Source of the DNA: Candidatus Bathyarchaeia archaeon
GTDB lineage: Archaea > Thermoproteota > Bathyarchaeia > Bathyarchaeales > Bathycorpusculaceae
Assembly (NCBI GenBank): GCA_050012255.1
Contig: JBEKHN010000002.1
Span: forward strand, 96,001 to 160,000
DNA length: 64,000 nucleotides
Direction of reading: 5' to 3'
In this document: positions 18,963-26,968 of the stretch, in pieces
How the letters are laid out: the number at the start of each line of letters is the position of its first letter
Numbering within the stretch: the stretch's first letter is position 1
Notes under the pieces: model-generated
The model's database searches: none
Told to the model about the DNA's origin: nothing
What the model saw: the letters and a program-made list of their open reading frames with translations, nothing else
Position numbers and translations under genes: made by a program

Positions 18963-20849
18963 TCACACAAGTTGCGACATTGCAAAGGCGCATCTGAGAG
19001 CATAGTTCAAGCTCACCAACAACGCGGACAATATTATTAGAGTGCCGATCGACGATGATTTATCCGGGTGAGAATACCTTCGAACTACGCTGCTTGCGGC
19101 GATAAGGCCGAATGATTCGAAAACCGGCAGAGGGATGTTGAACAAGATGCTGCTCTGTATCACTGAAGCGGAGCCTAAGACAAAGAAGATGGATGAGCAA
19201 ACCAGCCAAGACATAAGATACCGATTCAGAGGTCTATCACTGTGAACTGCGACAAACCCGCCCAAGACCGCTAACGATAAAGCCATCGGGTTCACAAAAA
19301 AGCCATACATTGCCTGGAAAAACGTGTAGAGCGTGTTCGTCCAAAAAGACGTTAATGAGCCAATTGAAACTGTGCTCTGGGCAACTTGTAAGGTTTCAAA
19401 ATTTCCGACCGACCATCCTAAGGCGATATTTCTCAGCGCACCTACTATGATGTTAACCAAGATTATCACGAGTAAACCTTGAATTTCAAACCGTGAATCG
19501 CCTCCGAATCTTGCTCTGAAAAGTGTGAGGAGCAAGTACACGAACAGTATGCCCAGAGTCATCCCCCAAGTCAACGAATGTGTGAAAAGCAGAGAAATCG
19601 ACAGCAGAAGTGCGGTCAGCATTCTCGGATGCGATTTTTTCCTGAGAGAGCCGAAAAAGAAGCCCATAAACAGGTACGATTCGATGATTGCCATCCAATT
19701 CGACAGAGAGCCTGCGTACATTCCAACTGAAACGTTGAAAGAAGAAACCGACAGGAAGGCTGCTAAAGAAGCGACGAGATCGGAACCCAGTGCTTCTCGA
19801 GTGAAAAAATATGCTGCCAGAACCAACAGCGGCGCCAAAACCACTGGAAAGAACTCAGCGACCGTCAAGGCTGAGAGACCGCTAACATATTTTGCAAGAT
19901 ACATGGTAAATAGGCTTAGCGGTCGGTCCGGATTTTGGAAAAAGGAGTTCTTGAGAGCATTGAGCAGTCCTTCGTTCCCAAGGTTCAGCAGCCAAGTTCT
20001 ATAAGCATGTACGTCAACCCCGATTGGATGCATGTCCCCGTTTAATTCTGGCAGGTATGGGTAAACAGTCACTAGAAAAGAGAGGACAAAAGAGCACACG
20101 AGCAGAAGATACACGAGACGCTTGAGGTTGCGAACATTGGTCGGCCGGTCAATGTTTGGAGTAACCGGATCAAAAGAAAATCGCTTTGAGAACTTGTAAT
20201 GAAAGAAGGGCTTGGCGACCCATGAGAACAGGAATAGCACGGCTAATAACGGGGCCAGAGAACCGGTTAAGAGGAACATTTTGGTTTCCAAGTCTACTAC
20301 ATATCTGTAGCTTCCACCTTGGCTTAATTGCGGAAAAACTGGAAAAATAAGCCAGCAGATCAGGGATAAGAGTTCTATGACGATTATGATCAGAATCAAA
20401 TAGAAAACGATCATAGAGAGCGCTCTTCTGCGACTTGTTGACACAAATGGTTTAGGGCTGGTCAACCACCATGTTAACGCAAAAAAGCTGCCCAATACTA
20501 CCAGCAAATCCACCACTTGCATGAACGTGAAATACCCGGCAAAAAGTGCAAGAAGCGAAAGAAGAGAAATCGACTTGCGGGGCAACCGAATTGTTACGTA
20601 GACAATTGCTATGAAGTTGAGCGCATAAACCATCACACGATCATAGGTGCCGTTTATGAATTCAAAGTAGAGTCCGATGTCGGGACCGACAGTTAAGCTG
20701 ATGAGAATGTTGGCCACATGCGCCGCCCCGAAAAAGAAAAACAAGGCGACTAAGAACAAGTAAAGATCGGGTTTCCACGCTTTGCACGAGGCTAAAAACC
20801 CTCTACTCTGCATTTCTAACCCTGCGCCCCATGCTGGATATGCATCCAC
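18963..20849 (-). CDS. Polytopic membrane protein, possibly GT-C-fold glycosyltransferase-like
   Basis: More than 12 hydrophobic segments; luminal PIGVDVHAY and DRPLS motifs; LFTH..TW. Function inferred only. Confidence 0.55.
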   Translation of the reverse strand: MDAYPAWGAGLEMQSRGFLASCKAWKPDLYLFLVALFFFFGAAHVANILISLTVGPDIGLYFEFINGTYDRVMVYALNFIAIVYVTIRLPRKSISLLSLLALFAGYFTFMQVVDLLVVLGSFFALTWWLTSPKPFVSTSRRRALSMIVFYLILIIIVIELLSLICWLIFPVFPQLSQGGSYRYVVDLETKMFLLTGSLAPLLAVLFLFSWVAKPFFHYKFSKRFSFDPVTPNIDRPTNVRNLKRLVYLLLVCSFVLSFLVTVYPYLPELNGDMHPIGVDVHAYRTWLLNLGNEGLLNALKNSFFQNPDRPLSLFTMYLAKYVSGLSALTVAEFFPVVLAPLLVLAAYFFTREALGSDLVASLAAFLSVSSFNVSVGMYAGSLSNWMAIIESYLFMGFFFGSLRKKSHPRMLTALLLSISLLFTHSLTWGMTLGILFVYLLLTLFRARFGGDSRFEIQGLLVIILVNIIVGALRNIALGWSVGNFETLQVAQSTVSIGSLTSFWTNTLYTFFQAMYGFFVNPMALSLAVLGGFVAVHSDRPLNRYLMSWLVCSSIFFVLGSASVIQSSILFNIPLPVFESFGLIAASSVVRRYSHPDKSSSIGTLIILSALLVSLNYALRCAFAMSQLV

Positions 20850-21019
20850 CGCGCTACGTTAAGAGGCTTTCTAACATTTGAAAAGAGCATGGTGGCAAGA
20901 ACTAAAAGCCCTCTCTTTCCTTTCGGCTGAATTTTTGCAATCAACAGAAGACTTGATCGAACCAGAAATGGCAATACTTAAATACAATAAAGGTTGATAA
21001 CAGCACCCTGTGAGGAATC

Positions 21020-21256
21020 ATGCGAAGAAAACTGATACTCCTTGCAGTTGCGGCTGCTTTGTTTATGCTCTCAATCATAGCAAGCGTGCACGCCGCGGGA
21101 AGACAAGAGGATCATGAAATCGTAGTTTCTCCGACGGTTGGGGGAGAAGTCAGTCCAGCGAGCAGCGTAATGACGCTTACACTGGCGGCAGTCTTGGGCA
21201 TCGCTAGTGTCACATTTATGGTTGTGACTGCACTGATCCGCATTAAGAAAACTTAG
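21020..21256 (+). CDS. Small exported/membrane protein
   Basis: GAGG RBS, signal-peptide-like N-terminus, VGGE motif, C-terminal TM + basic tail. Confidence 0.6.
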   Translation: MRRKLILLAVAAALFMLSIIASVHAAGRQEDHEIVVSPTVGGEVSPASSVMTLTLAAVLGIASVTFMVVTALIRIKKT

Positions 21257-21631
21257 TCATCACACTCTAGTCTCAAGCGTTGCAAGATAGGCGCGCGCGA
21301 GTCCTCAACGGGCTCTGACTACGTAATTCTTTGCCAAACTCAACTCGCATGTCAGCTCAAGATGTAAATCGGGTAAATCCCATGGTCGTCTTGAGGCGCC
21401 TTGTGTTGGTAAAGTAACTCGCGCTGTGAACTCCATGTTGGAAACGGTGCTCCAGCTAACAAAAAACCACATGAGTATCCATTAAAGACAGCGTCAACGG
21501 TACTTGCTGCAGAAAAACCCTATTGGGTAGGCGTGTTAGACTGGTGAAAACGCGGAACAGGGAACTAACGTGCAGCCTGACTGTGCGCAGCTATATATGT
21601 CAGAGTCTAAGAATCCTAGTGAGGTTCAACT

Positions 21632-22402
21632 TTGCCCCTTCCACTGGTTGAGCGATCTAAAGAAGAGATAGCTAAAGCTATTCGAAAGAAAGTTGAAGCC
21701 ATAAACCGGGTCAGAGGGATTCGCCACCTCGATGTTCGAATAAGTGGGAAAAGACTTGACGTGGATATTCACGCGTTCTTGGACAATGCCCTCACAAGCG
21801 AGGACATGCACGGGGTTGCTCTTGACATTGAGAGAGTCGTGAGAAACGAGTATCCCAATGCGCGGGTTTCAGTCGACACGGAACCTCTTGGACCAGGCCA
21901 AAATGGTGTCTGGAAGGCCGTGAAGGATGCAGCGGAAGAAACAGCGGGTTCAAGGGGGGTTCACAACATTCACATTCAAAGAATTGACGGAAAACTGTAC
22001 GTCGATCTTCATCTGGAGGTAAGCGCGAACATGACGGTGAAAGAAGCGCACGATGTTGCTGAACAGGTCGAGGGCAAGATAAGGATAACTAAGCCAGAAA
22101 TATCAGAAGTAACTGTTCACATCGAATCAGCATCAGACCGCATCTCAAGAGAGTTGGCAGGGGTCGAAACCGAGCTGGAATCATCCATTAAGCATGTCGC
22201 GAAGCAATTTCCCGAAATCCAGAGTGTCTCAGGAATCAGGATTCGCAAAGCTGGCGAGGGCATACACTTGACTCTTCACTGTCGTTTCGAGCCTGAACTT
22301 GGCATAAAAAAAGCGCATGAAATCTCCAGCAAGCTTGAGAAAGCACTCAGAACTGCTTACCCAAAGATAACTAGAATAGATGTCCATGAAGAGCCGGCTT
22401 AG
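21632..22402 (+). CDS. Stand-alone protein of three tandem cation-efflux (CDF) C-terminal dimerisation (ZT_dimer) domains
   Basis: Three repeats ending VSVDTEP, VTVHIES and IDVHEEP with AHD/AHE helices; no TM segments; GAGG RBS before TTG. Confidence 0.75.
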   Translation: MPLPLVERSKEEIAKAIRKKVEAINRVRGIRHLDVRISGKRLDVDIHAFLDNALTSEDMHGVALDIERVVRNEYPNARVSVDTEPLGPGQNGVWKAVKDAAEETAGSRGVHNIHIQRIDGKLYVDLHLEVSANMTVKEAHDVAEQVEGKIRITKPEISEVTVHIESASDRISRELAGVETELESSIKHVAKQFPEIQSVSGIRIRKAGEGIHLTLHCRFEPELGIKKAHEISSKLEKALRTAYPKITRIDVHEEPA

Positions 22403-22447
22403 ATCACACCGATTTTTCTTCAATGCTCCGCATCGTTGCGGGTTGCG

Positions 22448-22472
22448 GATACTGTTAACTTAAAGGACATGA
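22448..22472 (+). repeat. Left terminal inverted repeat GATACTGTTAACTTAAAGGACATGA
   Basis: Matches the reverse complement of 29284-29308 at 22/25 positions. Confidence 0.92.
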
Positions 22473-22484
22473 GTTCATAAGTGC

Positions 22485-25025
22485 TTAGCTTAGAAATTTC
22501 TGCATGGAACTTTGATCCTGAAGTTTGAAGTCACTCAGTCGAACTAGTCTATTACTTAATGCTTGAACAGTTTGTTTAGAAGGTTTCTCGTTCAGAAAAT
22601 CGCTTAGTTCATCATACGTTATCATGTACCAATTGTATTTTTCTATCTCTTCTTTGAGGATGGGTTCATGTATTCTAGCTCTCAAAAAGCGTTTTCGCTC
22701 ATCAGGTATAACAATCACACGCAACAAATTTTGACTAAGGATATTGCTACCTCTGATTATTGCTTCTGATATTCCCGTTGTGTTTTCGACCTCGAATATG
22801 GCATTTGCATTGTTCTTTGAATAGTAAATCACATCAATTTTCTTAAGTCGATTCTGATTGACTGCTTGAAAGGGAAAAGAAGCTTGTCTGTAGCCATCAA
22901 TATCCGCATGTACTTCATACCCTAGATGTTTGCCAAGTTCTGCAAGATTCTTTACTATTACATCGTGTTCTTTGACTCTCATTTTATACTTTGGCTTGAG
23001 CATCCATTTCTTATCAGGCGTTTTAGTCGCATATTCTTCTAAAACCTCTCTAACACTCTGCGTATTTGGTGTAAGTGCGTTTGGAAATCTGATGAAGATT
23101 TCTTGGAGTACATCATCAAAAGTGACTTTAACTTTGTCATTTAGGATGTTTATAACAAGCTTTTCTACTCGTTCACGAAGGGGAGTGCTTTCCAAGTACG
23201 GTATTGTGCTAGGGTCTTTAAACCACCATCCGACACCTACTGGCTTTCCTTTCTTGTCGGGAATTGGTTTAAGCACAAAATCGATGTTAAGTCTATTCTT
23301 GAGGACTTCCTCTATGCCTTTCGACCCTCTTTTGTCCACAAAAAAGACACCTTGTTTATCCAATTCAGGTATTATACCATTGAGAATAAACGTGAATGGT
23401 GTAGGTTCTCCACGCTCAGCTATTATTTTCTTGGTTGTTTCGATGACTACTCGAAAGTATTTCTCTTTGCTAGTTTGTTCCTCAGTTACTTCTTTCTTGC
23501 GTTCGGGCTTCCTAAATCGAATGTAGTAGTCCCCGACTGCGCTTCCATATGGCTGCAATGATGCCTTTGCTGACCTCACTGCGGGAGGTTGATATATGAT
23601 CTTCTCCAACTCGAAACCAGCCATTTTGATAGCTGAGATGATTGAGTTCCATACATCAATATCCGTGCTGTGAAATGTAACCGTCAAGAAGTGATTGGGT
23701 TTCAAGACTTTGTAGATTTGACCGAAAGACGTTGAGAGCATTCTGTGGTAGTATTCAAAGTCCTTGTTCTGACCCCGATTGATTGTTACTTCTTCTTTCC
23801 ACCATTGGTCTACTATATCGCTGTACTGTTTTCCTAATATCCAAGCGACACGGATTAAATCGAGTTCGAAATACTGAATTGCTCCGCCATATGGAGGGTC
23901 AGTGAAAACATAATCAACCGAGTTCGGTGGAACCCTCTGAGTCAACTCAATCGAATTTACGCGCTCAATGTAGTAGTGATCTTGGTTATTCAGCAATTGC
24001 TCGAATGATTTAGCGCAAATCAGGTTTGAAGGTATACGCTCGTTTCTATTCTCAACTCCCCTCTTCATTGAGTGAAATCGGTTTTCAAATCTTGACCAGA
24101 CATCGAATTCACAGTGAACTGGGAGAATTAGATATTCAGGGACCGTCCAAGCAGGTCCTCCTGTAACGAAACCTCCCCTCCAAGGCACGAGACGACTTGC
24201 TTGCGGAACCATTGACGAGAACACATATAGCATTGCTTGTTTGGAGATTTTGTCCTCAATCCTAGAAATCTCATCATAAAGAAGTGCCAAGGCGTAGAGA
24301 TTTCGGGCAGTGTAAAGTTCCTCAATGTCTCCTGCTCTCCTTTTTGTTCCGAAAGGTCTATCACCATTGTAGAAGAAACGAATTTTTGGATACCACACTG
24401 TGTCGAGTTGTACTCTAACGGGCTTCAACTTGGGATTGCTTACTTTGGAGGTTCGTTGACAGTGAAGACATGAGACTTGGAGAAAAATCGGTTCCTCTCC
24501 TACAATCGGGACGTTCGCATAACTGAAATCTTGTTTACAGTGCGGGCATTTGTATATGTTCTGCTGTTTGCCCTTTGGTCTCCTTGCCTCAGCCATGAGT
24601 ATGCGCTCTCTGCAAGTAGGGCAGTTGACTACGTAGGACCATACGACATAACGTGTTATGCCTTGCTTGTGGCATATTGGGCATTCAAAGTTGTAGAGTT
24701 TCTCAATCGTCTCTCTAACATCTGCTTTTATTGCCTCGAACGCGTGGTCAAGTGCCGTAGTGTCCGTTGTCTGGATGGTGGCTTTCATAGTTAAGATTGA
24801 GAGTGGGTCTAGGTCAAAGCCAACTGCTCGACGACCAAGACGCACAGCTTCAAAAAGGGTTACTCCACTTCCTGCGAAACCGTCGAGAACGATTTCTCCC
24901 TCTTTTGAGTAGTGTTCGATATAATCCGCGACAACATTATGCGGCTTTCTAGCCCAATACTTGTGGGTCAGGTACATGGGAGGATGAGTCCTAGGAACCA
25001 ACGCGTGATTGATGTGAGTGACCAA
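22485..25025 (-). CDS. Amino-DNA methyltransferase with Zn-ribbon insert and C-terminal PD-(D/E)XK-like nuclease domain (putative R-M fusion)
   Basis: HKYWARKP; motif I VLDGFAGSG; several CxxC pairs; motif IV FTDPPYG; C-terminal KIDVIYY...IFEVEN. Confidence 0.8.
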   Translation of the reverse strand: MVTHINHALVPRTHPPMYLTHKYWARKPHNVVADYIEHYSKEGEIVLDGFAGSGVTLFEAVRLGRRAVGFDLDPLSILTMKATIQTTDTTALDHAFEAIKADVRETIEKLYNFECPICHKQGITRYVVWSYVVNCPTCRERILMAEARRPKGKQQNIYKCPHCKQDFSYANVPIVGEEPIFLQVSCLHCQRTSKVSNPKLKPVRVQLDTVWYPKIRFFYNGDRPFGTKRRAGDIEELYTARNLYALALLYDEISRIEDKISKQAMLYVFSSMVPQASRLVPWRGGFVTGGPAWTVPEYLILPVHCEFDVWSRFENRFHSMKRGVENRNERIPSNLICAKSFEQLLNNQDHYYIERVNSIELTQRVPPNSVDYVFTDPPYGGAIQYFELDLIRVAWILGKQYSDIVDQWWKEEVTINRGQNKDFEYYHRMLSTSFGQIYKVLKPNHFLTVTFHSTDIDVWNSIISAIKMAGFELEKIIYQPPAVRSAKASLQPYGSAVGDYYIRFRKPERKKEVTEEQTSKEKYFRVVIETTKKIIAERGEPTPFTFILNGIIPELDKQGVFFVDKRGSKGIEEVLKNRLNIDFVLKPIPDKKGKPVGVGWWFKDPSTIPYLESTPLRERVEKLVINILNDKVKVTFDDVLQEIFIRFPNALTPNTQSVREVLEEYATKTPDKKWMLKPKYKMRVKEHDVIVKNLAELGKHLGYEVHADIDGYRQASFPFQAVNQNRLKKIDVIYYSKNNANAIFEVENTTGISEAIIRGSNILSQNLLRVIVIPDERKRFLRARIHEPILKEEIEKYNWYMITYDELSDFLNEKPSKQTVQALSNRLVRLSDFKLQDQSSMQKFLS

Positions 25026-25109
25026 ACTTTCCCCCTTGCTGATAATTGTATTGACAGCATAAACCTTTTATACTTGATATATCGTATCTGATATATAGGC
25101 GATACCTAT

Positions 25110-25994
25110 ATGATATGCAAATACTGTCAGTCTGAAAATGTCGTGAAGCATGGCAAGGCAAACGGCAAGCAGAGGTTTCTCTGTAAGAACTGTTGCCACA
25201 AGTTCTTCGAAGGTTCAGACTTTCCGAGAATGAGAAATAAATCACACATTATCTCTTCAAGTATTGACATGTACTTTGAAGGCTTGAGCGTCAGGAAAAT
25301 CCGAACTCAAGTTGAAAAATTATTTGGTGTGTCCGTTAGCCAAGTCGCAATTTGGAAATGGATAACTAAGTATTCGAGATTTGTCACTCGCTACGTTGAA
25401 ACGCTGAACCCTCAGCTTCAAGGTATCTATCATGTCGATGAAACCGCAATCAAATGCTCTGGGGTTCAAAAATGGTTTTGGGAAATCATAGACGAACAAA
25501 CAAAGTTTCTTGTAGCTGGTCATCTTTCAGCCTCTAGAACCACCGAGGACGCCGTGCAGTTATTTGAGAAGAGCATCAAGGTAGCTAAGAGGAAGCCAAT
25601 TTCGATTTACTGTGACGGATTGCCAGCTTACGTTGATGGCTACAACAAGGTTTTCTACACGATGAAGAAAGAAGGCAGACCCGAACTAATCAGAAGAGTA
25701 GGCATAAGAAACATACACAACCAAAACGCAGTAGAACGATTACACGGCACTCTCAAGGACAGAATCAAACCCGCTAGAGGGTTGAAAGGTGAAGAGACAG
25801 TTAGAACTCTTTTGGAAGGTTGGATTATCCATTATAATTACGTCCGCAAACATCAGACTTTGAAAATGACTCCAGCACAAGCTTGTGGCCTAAACATAAA
25901 GAACGATTGGCACTTGCTAGTGAAAGAAGCAACAAAGTATGATGCAACACACAAGGAATCAAATAGAAAACCAATAGAGGTAATGGCTACATGA
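25110..25994 (+). CDS. DDE transposase, IS6-like catalytic core with IS1-type N-terminal zinc ribbon
   Basis: CKYC...VVKHG....KQRFLCKNC; GLSVRKI HTH; HVDET (D), YCDGLPAY (D), QNAVERLHGTLKDR (E); HYNYVRKH. Confidence 0.9.
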   Translation: MICKYCQSENVVKHGKANGKQRFLCKNCCHKFFEGSDFPRMRNKSHIISSSIDMYFEGLSVRKIRTQVEKLFGVSVSQVAIWKWITKYSRFVTRYVETLNPQLQGIYHVDETAIKCSGVQKWFWEIIDEQTKFLVAGHLSASRTTEDAVQLFEKSIKVAKRKPISIYCDGLPAYVDGYNKVFYTMKKEGRPELIRRVGIRNIHNQNAVERLHGTLKDRIKPARGLKGEETVRTLLEGWIIHYNYVRKHQTLKMTPAQACGLNIKNDWHLLVKEATKYDATHKESNRKPIEVMAT

Positions 25995-26194
25995 AGAGAA
26001 TCTTGGTCAGTTTTCCAGAAGGAGTATTTGATATGGTTCATGGCTTGAAGGGCGAACTAGGCGAGAGCGATAGCGAAGTTGTACGAAACATAGTCGTAGC
26101 TTACCTTTCTGAACAAGGATTTTTTAGCAAAATCAGCATAAGAGGTGAAGGTAGCCAGTACAGGAGGAAAACAAATGAAGAAAAACAAAAGTGA
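25991..26194 (+). CDS. Ribbon-helix-helix (CopG-like) small protein
   Basis: MKRILVSFP beta-strand, then helices and SDSEVVRNIV; ATGA overlap with the transposase stop. Confidence 0.7.
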   Translation: MKRILVSFPEGVFDMVHGLKGELGESDSEVVRNIVVAYLSEQGFFSKISIRGEGSQYRRKTNEEKQK

Positions 26195-26360
26195 AATCAG
26201 AGAGGCAGAAGATGAGATTGACTTACTAGACGACATGTTAACTTCATTGGTAGAACTGTTAGAAGAGAAAGGCATCCTAACTCAAGCGGAATGGGAAAGG
26301 AAAATCAAGGAAAGAATCAAGGGAAAACCCTCAACAAGCATCAGGGACCTCAAGGAATGA
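26175..26360 (+). CDS. Small helical hypothetical protein
   Basis: GGAGGA RBS before ATG 26175; LTSLVELLEEKGILTQAEWE. Confidence 0.6.
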   Translation: MKKNKSEIREAEDEIDLLDDMLTSLVELLEEKGILTQAEWERKIKERIKGKPSTSIRDLKE

Positions 26361-26966
26361 TTCGTTCTGTTTTTCTTCTATCGGACAATTTGTGGAACAC
26401 AGACCGCCACAGGTCACTATTTCCTGCAAGACATCTCGTGTAAGCTTACAATCGTTTCTCGCGCAAACATGCTGGGCCAGACGATATTTTCTTACAGGTA
26501 TCATATGTCGGTCATCTGTTCCAAAAAAACGAGACAGACATTTTTTCTTCAAAGTTGCTACCGAGTAGAATCTTGGTTTGGTCGTAAATTTCTTAGCTTT
26601 TTTCAAGATAGTGACCGTCTGTTCTTCAACTTTGATTAATCCTACTTTACTAATCTCGAATTTTGGAGCATGCTTATCCGTTGCAACATATGCATAATCA
26701 ATGTAATCCATTATTCGATCTATTTGTTGTTCTGCTCTTGCAAGATTATCTCTTGATGATTTGACCTCAACATAGGTAAGTAATTGGTTCTTCAACAACA
26801 TCAAGTCAACATCAGACAAAACGCTTCCCCATGCAATGTTTAAGCTAGAGTGAGGGATCACTTCATAACCCCTCACTGAGAAGTATTCGGTCAGCGTCTT
26901 GATAATTTTTTCTTCATACTTACCCAGACGCTTGGTTGATTTGTGTATATTGCGAGCCAAGATCAT
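26331..26966 (-). CDS. PD-(D/E)XK nuclease-like protein (sce7726/MmcB-like)
   Basis: YEE helix, DVDLMLL, YVEVKSSRDNLARA..Q...Y.DYAYV; C-terminal C-x3-C-x3-C cluster; starts 2 nt after the S8 stop. Confidence 0.7.
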   Translation of the reverse strand: MILARNIHKSTKRLGKYEEKIIKTLTEYFSVRGYEVIPHSSLNIAWGSVLSDVDLMLLKNQLLTYVEVKSSRDNLARAEQQIDRIMDYIDYAYVATDKHAPKFEISKVGLIKVEEQTVTILKKAKKFTTKPRFYSVATLKKKCLSRFFGTDDRHMIPVRKYRLAQHVCARNDCKLTRDVLQEIVTCGGLCSTNCPIEEKQNESFLEVPDAC

Positions 26967-26968
26967 GA

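Noticed and set aside
25090-26010. Treating the transposase as a simple ~1-kb IS with its own IRs
   Set aside because: No inverted repeats or TSD seen next to the gene; the matching ends are at 22448 and 29308.
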